Shown one piece after another: positions 47,464-56,319 of a DNA stretch of 64,000 nucleotides; the first letter of the stretch is position 1, and every line of letters begins with the position of its first letter. The position numbers were made by a program, and so were the translations under genes. The DNA is from an uncultured delta proteobacterium. Lineage in GTDB: Bacteria > Desulfobacterota > Desulfomonilia > UBA1062. Location: the NCBI GenBank assembly GCA_963798485.1, contig CAWCTR010000017.1:192001-256000 (forward strand), read 5' to 3'. The notes below the pieces were generated by a model. That model worked only from the letters and a program-made list of their open reading frames with translations, made no database searches and was not told the origin of the DNA.

Positions 47464-48693
47464 ATGATGAAAGATTCCGATATCAGGATATTGGCACACA
47501 AGAGTGGCATGCCGTATATTGACGTTTCCCGTGAGGCCCCCGATCCCAGATGCTTAAAGATTTTAAAACACGTATTTGCAAGGGAGTATACCAGCCTGCC
47601 CATACGTTTTCTTGGAGACGGCGTGCTGGTTGCCATTGCAGACCCTGAGTACAAGGACCTGATCAGTACGTTAAGCACGCACATGGGCAGGAAGGTCTAC
47701 CCGGCGCTTGCGGATGTAGAGGCCATCAAGAAGGCCATAGAAATATATTATCCGGGCGGAAGAGACATGGAGGAAGCCCAAGGTAAGAATGTCGAAGGTA
47801 AGGATGCCATTCGAACGAGCCGGACAATATCCATCATCTCCAATAAGGGAGGGGTAGGGAAGACCCATATTGCCATGAATATGGCGAAGGTCCTGGGCGG
47901 TTTCAAAAAAAAGGTGCTGCTCATCGATGCCGACCTCGGTAATGCCGATATATCGAACAAGCTGGCACTTTTCCCCGAATATACCCTTTATGACTTTCTT
48001 TTGGGTGATGTGGACCTGGAAAACATGATCGAAAAGACCTCTCTGGGGTTTGACCTTATCGCAGGGAGCTCCGGCGAGTTCAAACTAGCGAATATCAATT
48101 ATATCCAGCGATCCAAGTTCATCAGGAACTTCAGAAGGATCAGTGAAAATTATGATATCACCATCTTCGACTTAAGCGCCGGTATCACTAACACGGTACT
48201 CGATTTTGCCCTGGCCTCAGACGAGATACTCATCATCACGACCCCGCAGGACATTATTGCAGGTTATGCGTGCATCAAGGCCTCGTTTCAGCAGTTTAAG
48301 GCCATAGAAGAGAAGCTGATGGATAAGGTCGAGTTTTATAAGCCGCGCAGGGTCTACACACCATGGGTGGTAATGAATCAGGTTACAAACCTCAATCAGG
48401 GGATATTCATCTTCAACAGGATATGTCAGACCGCAGATGAGAGGATCAACAACATGGAGACCCTCTTTTCAGTCAAGCCCGAGTATCTTGGCGGGGTCCT
48501 CTTTGACAAGGATACCATCCGCGCCGCAGAGGCCCAGAGAAAACCGTTCACGATTGTGAACCCCAAGTGCAAGACCTCCCAGTGCCTGGAATACCTCGGC
48601 AGGGTAGTCATAGATCCGCCCGAACTGAGAAGCTACAACCAGGAGCTCAAGAGCGGGTTAGGCCGTTTTGCCATGATATTCGGCATGAGCTGA
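47464..48693 (+). CDS. FlhG/MinD-like ATPase with an N-terminal T2SSE_N/GSPII_N-like domain
   Basis: SNKGGVGKT, IDADLGNAD, FDLSAGI; N-terminal LAHKSGMPYID...AREYTSLPI...VAIADP. Confidence 0.8.
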   Translation: MMKDSDIRILAHKSGMPYIDVSREAPDPRCLKILKHVFAREYTSLPIRFLGDGVLVAIADPEYKDLISTLSTHMGRKVYPALADVEAIKKAIEIYYPGGRDMEEAQGKNVEGKDAIRTSRTISIISNKGGVGKTHIAMNMAKVLGGFKKKVLLIDADLGNADISNKLALFPEYTLYDFLLGDVDLENMIEKTSLGFDLIAGSSGEFKLANINYIQRSKFIRNFRRISENYDITIFDLSAGITNTVLDFALASDEILIITTPQDIIAGYACIKASFQQFKAIEEKLMDKVEFYKPRRVYTPWVVMNQVTNLNQGIFIFNRICQTADERINNMETLFSVKPEYLGGVLFDKDTIRAAEAQRKPFTIVNPKCKTSQCLEYLGRVVIDPPELRSYNQELKSGLGRFAMIFGMS

Positions 48694-48703
48694 GATTAGC
48701 CCC

Positions 48704-48730
48704 TTAAGTGAGCACCATTTTACCCGATAA
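48704..48730 (+). promoter_or_regulatory. Sigma28 (FliA)-like promoter
   Basis: TTAAG-N14-CCCGATAA. Confidence 0.6.
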
Positions 48731-48758
48731 GTAACAATAGGAAGAAGGGACGCTTCAT

Positions 48759-48947
48759 ATGAGAATGGAAGAGTACAGGGAAGGACTCGTAAACAAGTGG
48801 GAAGAAGTGAGACCCGTAGTGATCTACTTCGCAGGAGAAAGATTCGTGGTGGAATATGATGAGCACCACAATCCGCTCCTTGCCCCGGCAGTTGCCATGG
48901 TGCATTCCTACTTGGGCAACCTGGACCTCACCAAGACGGATAACTGA
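48759..48947 (+). CDS. Small hypothetical protein (62 aa)
   Basis: AAGGGA RBS; sigma28-like promoter directly upstream. Confidence 0.55.
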   Translation: MRMEEYREGLVNKWEEVRPVVIYFAGERFVVEYDEHHNPLLAPAVAMVHSYLGNLDLTKTDN

Positions 48948-49062
48948 TTTCTTACAAACCGGCCTGGTTCCATGCCAGGCCTTTCGTTTTTCAAATCTTC
49001 TCACAAATTTTCGCAATCCTGGTCTTGATATATTAAATAGTCTCATTTATTCTTAATAATAT

Positions 49063-49752
49063 ATGAAATCCATGACCTCCCACGAAAACAAAAAAGTCCT
49101 TGTCATTGATGACGATGAGGGAGACTGCTACCTGGTAGAGGACATCTTGAGCGAAGACGGCATCAAGGTTGATATAGCCGTAGGCGGCGAGATGGGTATA
49201 AGGCTTCTTTCCGAGAAGGAGTACCCGGTCGTGATCACGGATTTGAGGATGCCCGACATCGACGGGATGGCCATTATCGATTTTATACGCAAGCGCCACA
49301 TGGATACGCTCATCGTGGTCATCACCGGCTATGCCACCATTGACAGTGTCATTGTCGCACTGCGCTCAGGTGCGTACGATTATATCATAAAGCCCTTCAG
49401 CGCCGATCTGCTCAGATTCACGATAAGAAAGGCCTTTGACTATGTCGCCATACGGGACGAACAGGACAGGCTGAAATATTTTGAGATGGTTAACCAGCTT
49501 GCATCTACTACTGCTCATGAGGTCTTCCAGCCGCTTACCGTGCTCATGGGGGAGGCAAGCGCCATTACAAAAGGCCCGGACGGCGTAAAGGCCAAGGAGA
49601 TGGCACAACAGATTCTCACCGAGGCCAGGAAGATCCGTGATATCATCAGGAAGATGGAGAACCTGCATGAATACGTAACCAAGTCATTTCCCGGCGGGCA
49701 TACCATCTTGGATATTGAGAAGGGATCTAATGGATCCAATGGCACAAAATGA
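49063..49752 (+). CDS. Response regulator with C-terminal HisKA-like helix pair and no ATPase domain
   Basis: VIDDD, TDLRMP, ITGYA, YIIKPF; AHEVFQPLTVL. Confidence 0.85.
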   Translation: MKSMTSHENKKVLVIDDDEGDCYLVEDILSEDGIKVDIAVGGEMGIRLLSEKEYPVVITDLRMPDIDGMAIIDFIRKRHMDTLIVVITGYATIDSVIVALRSGAYDYIIKPFSADLLRFTIRKAFDYVAIRDEQDRLKYFEMVNQLASTTAHEVFQPLTVLMGEASAITKGPDGVKAKEMAQQILTEARKIRDIIRKMENLHEYVTKSFPGGHTILDIEKGSNGSNGTK

Positions 49753-50873
49753 TCAACCTTGAGATGAAGGTTATCCTAGCTGCATGCACTCTTCCTGATT
49801 CGGGCAATGCATCTGTGGAGTCTGTAGCGGCAAGCGCTGAAGTGGAAACCTTGTCTATTGGCTTCAATGATGAGACTATCAAAGGCTTCTACCTGTTCAT
49901 TGACGTCCGCTCTGGCGAAGAAAAGGCTGCAGATTTTGAGCGGGGTTATCCCGCAGGGCCGGTCATTGTTTTCTTCCAGGGACATGCCCAGAGACCTGAT
50001 GATGCATATGAGTTTACCGGCAAGCTTGCCCGTTTAAGCAGATCCGGCATGGTGATCGTACCCGTATGCGACACCCCATATGGCGCCAAGTCATCTTTCC
50101 ATGGCGACCAGGGCAAAGATGTTATCCTTATGGAGATGGTACGCTTCATACTTGCACGTGAAGGCATAAGCGTAAGAGGGTTCGTGCCGGTCACCAGCAT
50201 GCCTGTGACTGTGAACGGTATGAACATGGCCCCTGAAAATGGCAATAAAGGCACCCGGATCATATCAATCGGGTGGTCCCATGGCGGCATTCTGGCGCGG
50301 CGCTTCGCCCATGCCTATCCCTCATCGGTTTGTTCCCTGGGACAGGTCTGCCCTGCCGGATACGAACACTGGGGCCCTTGGAGCATCACCGGAAGGTTTG
50401 CCCTAGAAAGTGTAAGGATAACCACGAAGATGAGCGGCCATGCCAGGCAGACTTTTGGGGCTGCCTGGGGATTCACCAAGGGATTCACCGGTGATTTTTT
50501 TAGGTCCATCACTGCCGCAGCCGTTACCCTCCATCCAGCCAAGCTCCTGCGTATTTTCAAGGATATCCGCGATTGCAGCAGATATTGCGACAGCACCACC
50601 TTTGCATCATCCCATCTTGAACACATCGCAGTTATCTTCGGCCGTGATGATTCCTGCATGAGTCCCCAGAGGCAGCTTGGCATCAAAGACTCTGACAATG
50701 TCACCGAAGATGATCTGAAACGCTTCAGTCGGACCTTCTATTCCGACATCAAAGTTACTCCCGGCTGCCTCACCTTAAGGGCGCTGCCCGGCACGCACCT
50801 GGCCCCGGTTATTTATAATGAACTGTATTCCAGGACAATCCTTACTGACCTCGGAGAACTGGCCGGGAGGTGA
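49749..50873 (+). CDS. Alpha/beta hydrolase
   Basis: FFQGH, GWSHGG nucleophile elbow, GRDD, GTHL. Confidence 0.75.
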   Translation: MINLEMKVILAACTLPDSGNASVESVAASAEVETLSIGFNDETIKGFYLFIDVRSGEEKAADFERGYPAGPVIVFFQGHAQRPDDAYEFTGKLARLSRSGMVIVPVCDTPYGAKSSFHGDQGKDVILMEMVRFILAREGISVRGFVPVTSMPVTVNGMNMAPENGNKGTRIISIGWSHGGILARRFAHAYPSSVCSLGQVCPAGYEHWGPWSITGRFALESVRITTKMSGHARQTFGAAWGFTKGFTGDFFRSITAAAVTLHPAKLLRIFKDIRDCSRYCDSTTFASSHLEHIAVIFGRDDSCMSPQRQLGIKDSDNVTEDDLKRFSRTFYSDIKVTPGCLTLRALPGTHLAPVIYNELYSRTILTDLGELAGR

Positions 50874-50894
50874 GAGTATTTAAGGGTTTGGATT

Positions 50895-51377
50895 ATGGCG
50901 AGACCGACTAAGATCCTATTACCGCTTGTATCCATTACCGTCATTCTTCTGCTTGGCGTCTACCATGCGCTTGGGGCCGGCGGGACCCACCTCGTAATAC
51001 AAGTCTATGACGGAGACACCATTTTATTGGATGACCACAGGAAGATCCGGCTCATCGGTGTAGACGCCCCCGAGGTTCAATCACCCTATCGTGATGAGGA
51101 GCCTTTTGGACCGGAGAGCAAGGTATATCTCACCTCACTGGTCTTAAATAAAAAGGTAACTCTTACCAGAGGAGACCCGTCAAAGGACAAGTACGGCAGG
51201 ACCCTTGCCTATGTTAACATGGGGGATGTGCTGGTGAACGGCCGTATTATCCGTGATGGATGGGCGCGGGCTTACCGGCAATTCTACCATCCCTGGCGCG
51301 ACCTGTTCATCGTCTATGAACGGGAGGCAAGGTCCAAGGGACTGGGGATGTGGAAGGACCAGAATAAGAGTGATTAA
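50895..51377 (+). CDS. Thermonuclease (SNase) family protein
   Basis: DGDTI, IRLIGVDAPE, DKYGRTLAYV, GLGMW. Confidence 0.93.
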   Translation: MARPTKILLPLVSITVILLLGVYHALGAGGTHLVIQVYDGDTILLDDHRKIRLIGVDAPEVQSPYRDEEPFGPESKVYLTSLVLNKKVTLTRGDPSKDKYGRTLAYVNMGDVLVNGRIIRDGWARAYRQFYHPWRDLFIVYEREARSKGLGMWKDQNKSD

Positions 51378-51386
51378 CGCATTAAG

Positions 51387-51661
51387 TTACGCATACCGGT
51401 CCCTGAGCTTGCCAGCAACCAAGAGCAGGATTACGCCCAGGGCGATGAGCGCGGCAGACAGGGGACATTTCTGCAGGGCATCCATAACCGTCTGGTTTGC
51501 GACAAGACCCTGCCCCAGTGAGCCGGGCCCCGTATCAATAACGCTCAACACCGAATAGGGAGACCACACCCCATTCTTGAGAAACATGATACCCTGGTAT
51601 AAAATTACACATCCCCCCCCCCAGTAGAGGCTATCCCACCGAAAAAGAATAATTTTTCCAC
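51387..51661 (-). pseudogene. Small membrane protein frameshifted at a G10 tract (phase-variable or assembly error)
   Basis: AAGGAGG RBS plus GTG 51661 gives MEKLFFFGGIAST-G10; G8 or G11 joins it to the 51387..51587 frame. Confidence 0.65.
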
Positions 51662-51801
51662 AGATCCTCCTTCATGAGTCGGTATACTTGGGCATTCGTA
51701 AAAAATTATGTAGAGTATATCGACAAATGAAATCCTTGCAATATTTTTCCTCTTCAACTATTTTGCCCATCAATATGCCATTGCACATGAAGGAGATCTG
51801 A

Positions 51802-53703
51802 ATGCTTACCTATTTCCGCAAACATTCCAAAGGCTGGCTTGCCTACACTGCCTTTGGGGCCATCATTGTTGTGTTCGTACTTTGGGGAGGCAGCTCTTAT
51901 CTATCACGTGAGGCGCGCATGATTGCCAAGATCAATAGGCACATCATCTCAGTAGAGCAATTCTCAAAGGCATATACCGACCAGTTAAAAAAGTATCAGG
52001 ATCGTTTCGGCGATGCCCTGACCCCGGAGATGATCAAGAAGCTTGATCTCAGGAAGACAGTACTGGACCAGCTCATAGATGATTATATTATTGAGATGGA
52101 TGCCAAAAAAATGGGCATCGAGGTTACGGACTCAGATCTCCAGCAAACCATTGCCCAGGTCCCTGCATTTAACAAGGACGGAAAGTTTGATGATGCTATC
52201 TACAGGAGGTATCTCGATTACGAACGCCTGACACCTGCTGACTTTGAGCTGAAGCTGAGCAAGGATATATTGAAGCAGCGTTTTGTGAACGTGCTCACCG
52301 AAAACGTCATAGTGCCAAGGTGTGAGATCGATGCAACATACCATTACATGAATGATACGTATGACCTGGCATATGTTGCCGTTGACTCCGCAACCTTTGC
52401 AAAGGATGTGCAGCTCAACACCAGCGAGATTCAGTCGTACTTCGATGCCAACAAGGATCGGTACAAGCTCCCGCCCAAGATCACCCTTGCCGCCATTGAA
52501 TATCCTGCTGCCCGCTATTTGGCGAGCACTCAGGTCACCAAGGAAGATGCCCTGGATTATTATGAAAGTCATAAAACCGAGTTCAGCGAGCCGGCCAAAT
52601 ATCATGTCCGTCAGATCCTCATTAAGATCCCCGAAGGAGCCGATGCCAATCTGATTGCACAGAAAGAACAGCTGATAAAGAAGATCTTGGCTGAGGCGAA
52701 TGCGGGTAAGGATTTTACCGCCCTGGCCGCACAATATTCCGAGGATGAGCAGACCGCCAAAAAAGGCGGAGATATGGGTACACTGCCACGTGAAGGATAT
52801 CCCCAGGGTGTGGGTGAGGTCCTCGAATCCATGAAACCGGGCATGGTGAAAGGGCCGGTAAGGTCTCCTCTGGGCATACATATTTTAAAGCTTGAGGGCA
52901 AGGAGGAGAAAAAGGCCATACCCTTTAAGAAGGTTGAAGCCACCGTGACGGATACCTTAAGGCTTCAACGGGCCAAGATGACTGCCCGTGCAGAAGCAGA
53001 AAAGGCATTCATGCAGCTTTATGAACAGTCAAAACCCGACCTCGATGCATTTGCCAAGGCAAATAACCTCCTTGTCAAGCATGCAGGGCCTTTCTCCGAG
53101 GGGCAGGATTCAGGACTCTCCATGAGTTCTGAGGCGGTAAAGAAGGCGTTTACCTTCCAGACAGGAGAGCTTGGCGAGGTTGCAAGCACCCCGGTAGGGT
53201 TCCTTATTTACATGGTAACCAAGAAGGAACCTTCCCGTATACCTGATCTGAAGGAAGTAGCGGACCGTGTTACGGCGGACATCAGGGCAAGGACCGCTGT
53301 TGAAAGGGCAAAGGAGTATGCAAAGAAGCTTGCTGCCGGATCACCCGAGCAGTTGAACGTCCAGAACCATGGAACAACAGGAGAGTTCACACGTGCAGCG
53401 TCTGCCGTGCCTAAGCTCTCCATGATACCCAAGATCGCAGATGATCTTGATTCGCTGAAAGGCCCCAAGGTCTTTGAGAATAAGGGCTCAATATACCTCG
53501 TATGGATGAAGTCCAAGAAGACGGCAGACATCAGGGCTATGGATAAGAAGCAAAATGATATGATCAAGAGGCAGCTCCTTATGAAAAAACAGGAAATGAC
53601 CCTCAAGTCCTACCTTGATCAGGCCAAGGATGAAAAGCAGGGATGGTATAAGGTAGTGAAGAATGAAGGTAATATGGAAGAAGGCGGCACAGGGGGCAGG
53701 TAG
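51802..53703 (+). CDS. ppiD: PpiD/SurA-like membrane-anchored peptidyl-prolyl isomerase
   Basis: N-terminal TM; SurA-N region; parvulin motifs YHVRQILI, FTALAAQYSED, GGDMG, GIHILK. Confidence 0.88.
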   Translation: MLTYFRKHSKGWLAYTAFGAIIVVFVLWGGSSYLSREARMIAKINRHIISVEQFSKAYTDQLKKYQDRFGDALTPEMIKKLDLRKTVLDQLIDDYIIEMDAKKMGIEVTDSDLQQTIAQVPAFNKDGKFDDAIYRRYLDYERLTPADFELKLSKDILKQRFVNVLTENVIVPRCEIDATYHYMNDTYDLAYVAVDSATFAKDVQLNTSEIQSYFDANKDRYKLPPKITLAAIEYPAARYLASTQVTKEDALDYYESHKTEFSEPAKYHVRQILIKIPEGADANLIAQKEQLIKKILAEANAGKDFTALAAQYSEDEQTAKKGGDMGTLPREGYPQGVGEVLESMKPGMVKGPVRSPLGIHILKLEGKEEKKAIPFKKVEATVTDTLRLQRAKMTARAEAEKAFMQLYEQSKPDLDAFAKANNLLVKHAGPFSEGQDSGLSMSSEAVKKAFTFQTGELGEVASTPVGFLIYMVTKKEPSRIPDLKEVADRVTADIRARTAVERAKEYAKKLAAGSPEQLNVQNHGTTGEFTRAASAVPKLSMIPKIADDLDSLKGPKVFENKGSIYLVWMKSKKTADIRAMDKKQNDMIKRQLLMKKQEMTLKSYLDQAKDEKQGWYKVVKNEGNMEEGGTGGR

Positions 53704-53759
53704 AAGGGGCGCACACCTTCAGACTTCAACGAAGCTCATTAATCAGATAGGGAGATATA

Positions 53760-54050
53760 TCACTCTTTACTGTAGCGGCTTGCCAGGATCTCCCGTATGT
53801 CCGCTTCTTCTTGGGGAGTTACCTTGAGTCCGCGGGCCTTCATGCCATAGACGAGGCGGTCCCATTCTTTCAGGGGCCGTTTTTGCTGGTAGACCAGCGC
53901 AGATGGATGGCAGGTGGAGCACTTCTGCTCGATTATCTCGGGTTTACCCCAAGTGCATCCCAGGAATATAACCGGAATGATCATAAATATTGCCATCATC
54001 AAACTACATCCCTTTTGTGTTGTCATCACACTTCCCCTATAACTTATCAC
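53760..54050 (-). CDS. Small monoheme cytochrome c lipoprotein
   Basis: FLGC lipobox, CSTCH heme motif, W..LV..M distal pattern; start uncertain. Confidence 0.75.
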   Translation of the reverse strand: MISYRGSVMTTQKGCSLMMAIFMIIPVIFLGCTWGKPEIIEQKCSTCHPSALVYQQKRPLKEWDRLVYGMKARGLKVTPQEEADIREILASRYSKE

Positions 54051-54082
54051 TATTTTGATGAAAAGACCCGATAAACATCTTT

Positions 54083-54796
54083 ATGCAGACGATCTCTGTC
54101 CGATACTGCTTTATCTATAACAAGGGAAGGGAGGAGGTCTTTGATCTTGTAATTGATGCCCATGATCTCAGCCTGCTTGCTGACATACCTGAAACCCTGC
54201 CGGCATGGACCAAACTCGGGTTTCATCAATGCCCGCATTGTCCCCTGGAAACTCCGGGGCATCTCAGATGCCCGTTGGCGGCACATCTTGTTGATGTAGT
54301 GAGGTGTTTTGAAGGCCTGGTATCTTATGACAAGATCCAACTTACGGTAATAACCCTAGAGAGGACAGTATCCCAGGAGACAACGGCCCAGAGGGCCATC
54401 AGCTCTTTGATAGGCCTTATCAGTGCTACATCAGGCTGCCCGCATACCGTTTTTTTCAGGCCTATGGCAAGGTATCATCTGCCTCTGGCCAGCGAGGATG
54501 AGACCGTATACCGGGCCACATCCATGTACCTTCTGGCCCAATATTTCAAGAAGAAAGAGGGCCATGACCCGGATATCGAATTTAAGGGGCTCAAGGAATT
54601 ATATAAGAAGATCGAAATTGTGAACCAGAACATGGCAAAGCGATTGAAGGCCGCTTCGGATACTGATTCAACAGTGAACGCCATAATCTTTTTGGATTTA
54701 TATGCCAAGGCAGTACCCTTTGTTATCGAAGAGTCACTTGAGGATATTCACCACCTGTTTAAGCACTTTCTCGCCGAAGCCCCAAGGGTTAAATGA
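54083..54796 (+). CDS. Conserved hypothetical Cys-rich protein (DUF6901-like)
   Basis: WTKLGFHQCPHCPL, ATSGCP, RPMARYHLPLAS. Confidence 0.75.
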   Translation: MQTISVRYCFIYNKGREEVFDLVIDAHDLSLLADIPETLPAWTKLGFHQCPHCPLETPGHLRCPLAAHLVDVVRCFEGLVSYDKIQLTVITLERTVSQETTAQRAISSLIGLISATSGCPHTVFFRPMARYHLPLASEDETVYRATSMYLLAQYFKKKEGHDPDIEFKGLKELYKKIEIVNQNMAKRLKAASDTDSTVNAIIFLDLYAKAVPFVIEESLEDIHHLFKHFLAEAPRVK

Positions 54797-54797
54797 T

Positions 54798-55742
54798 TTA
54801 TTGGATAGTATCCAAGACTCTTCTTGCCTCAACGATCTTAGGCAGGTAGCGGTCCTTATCCAGGTCTTCGATCTTTATCTCCCGTGAGTGGGTTGACGAG
54901 GCATGAATGAATTGACCCTTTCCTATGTAAAGCCCCACGTGGTCTATATGCTGATGTTTCCTGCCGTGCATGTTGAAAAAGAGAAGGTCGCCAGGTTTCA
55001 GATCGTACAAGGAGACCTGTTTGCCTTCGAGGGCCTGATCCCTTGATGACCGGCCCAAAGAAATGCCGTTTTCACTGAATACCTGACGGACGAAACCTGA
55101 ACAATCAAACCCATCCGGTGTGGTCCCCCCATAGCGATAGGGAGTCCCAATGTAGCTATATGCCGATTCAAGGATCTTCAGCGTCTGTTCATCAAGCTCT
55201 CCATCATTTAAACCCTGTCTGGATTTATCTGGTGCATCCTTTGCGAGCTGGAGGTCAATAGGTTCGGTTGGCGTGAGCCCGGTGCGTGAAACAGCTTCGA
55301 TGGTATGATCCGGTTTTGAAGCCCTGGCGTGCCGGTGCTTTGCGTTCTCCCCGGAATGTTTGGCAAGGTTAATCTTATGATGGTGTTTATTGCCGGCAAC
55401 AACTGATTTACCCGCAGGCTTCTTTTTTGTGGCACATTTGGCTATATGTGCCTTCTTAGAGGATTGTCCGGCCTGTTTTTTATTGACTCGGTGCCGGTGG
55501 TGGGTCTTTTTTGTCTTAGCAGACCCTTTCTTGATTGCTTCTTCCTGAGAGGATGCAGCGTTTTTCGTACCGTCTTGCGGCTTCTGGAGCGTCTGTTCCG
55601 TGGCGGTTTTATTTTTGATGGTGACATCCGGTGATGCAAAGGTATTTGTCGTGCGTGCGAAGGCGACTTGTCCGGAACCTACCCCTATGATCCCCATGAC
55701 TATGAAGAACATAACTGGAGCGAGCAAGAACTTCCTCAGCAT
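54798..55742 (-). CDS. NlpC/P60 cell-wall peptidase with basic low-complexity linker
   Basis: GTPYRYGG, GFDCSGF, PGDLLFF, HVGLYIG, FIHAS. Confidence 0.93.
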   Translation of the reverse strand: MLRKFLLAPVMFFIVMGIIGVGSGQVAFARTTNTFASPDVTIKNKTATEQTLQKPQDGTKNAASSQEEAIKKGSAKTKKTHHRHRVNKKQAGQSSKKAHIAKCATKKKPAGKSVVAGNKHHHKINLAKHSGENAKHRHARASKPDHTIEAVSRTGLTPTEPIDLQLAKDAPDKSRQGLNDGELDEQTLKILESAYSYIGTPYRYGGTTPDGFDCSGFVRQVFSENGISLGRSSRDQALEGKQVSLYDLKPGDLLFFNMHGRKHQHIDHVGLYIGKGQFIHASSTHSREIKIEDLDKDRYLPKIVEARRVLDTIQ

Positions 55743-56106
55743 AACAAACCCCCTCGTTCTCAGTTAAATAAATATTATCTCGGTCCTGAGTTCGGACCAC
55801 TGAAGTATTAATAGTAATTATTCTTTTAGCATCCATTATAGGGTATGTCAAGAATGAGGGTGAAAAGTATACTATTACAATAAGTTAAATCATATTTATC
55901 CCAAGGGCTTTCATGTAACCATCTGATTTTCTTAATACCACAAAAAATAGTCATGAAAGCTCACAAATAATTCGAAAAACAACCCAGTCCATTACTAAAT
56001 TGCATTATATCCCCTTATACTATTACCTTTATCTGCGTAACCTTTTTTTGGGGGGGAATATCCATTGACAAGGGGTTTGGGCGGGGAATATATCATGCTG
56101 CAAATA

Positions 56107-56226
56107 TAGCCAAAAACCGTCCTTGAGATGGATAGGGGAGACCCGGTAACCGGGGCGTATTCTTGAACAAGATAGGGCACTTCCAGGTCCGAGCCCGTCA
56201 GCTAACTTCGTAGGCCTTTGGAAGGA
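56107..56226 (+). ncRNA. c-di-AMP (ydaO/yuaA) riboswitch
   Basis: GGGGAGACC..GGGGCGTATTCT..TAGGG..CCGAGCCCGTCAGCTAACTTCGTAGGC; CTTCCA/TGGAAG pseudoknot; upstream of a kimA-like gene; TTGACA at 56065. Confidence 0.85.
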
Positions 56227-56319
56227 TATTATTATGGATGATGATAGTAGTTGTAATCTCCCTGTTCGGGACCTGACCGGCGGTATTTCATGTTAGTGAA
56301 ATTCTCAAGGTAGCATCCG

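Noticed and set aside
51709-51725. TGTAGAGTATATCGACA as a PEP-CTERM enhancer or sigma28 element
   Set aside because: No nearby sigma54 site, and the spacing does not fit sigma28.
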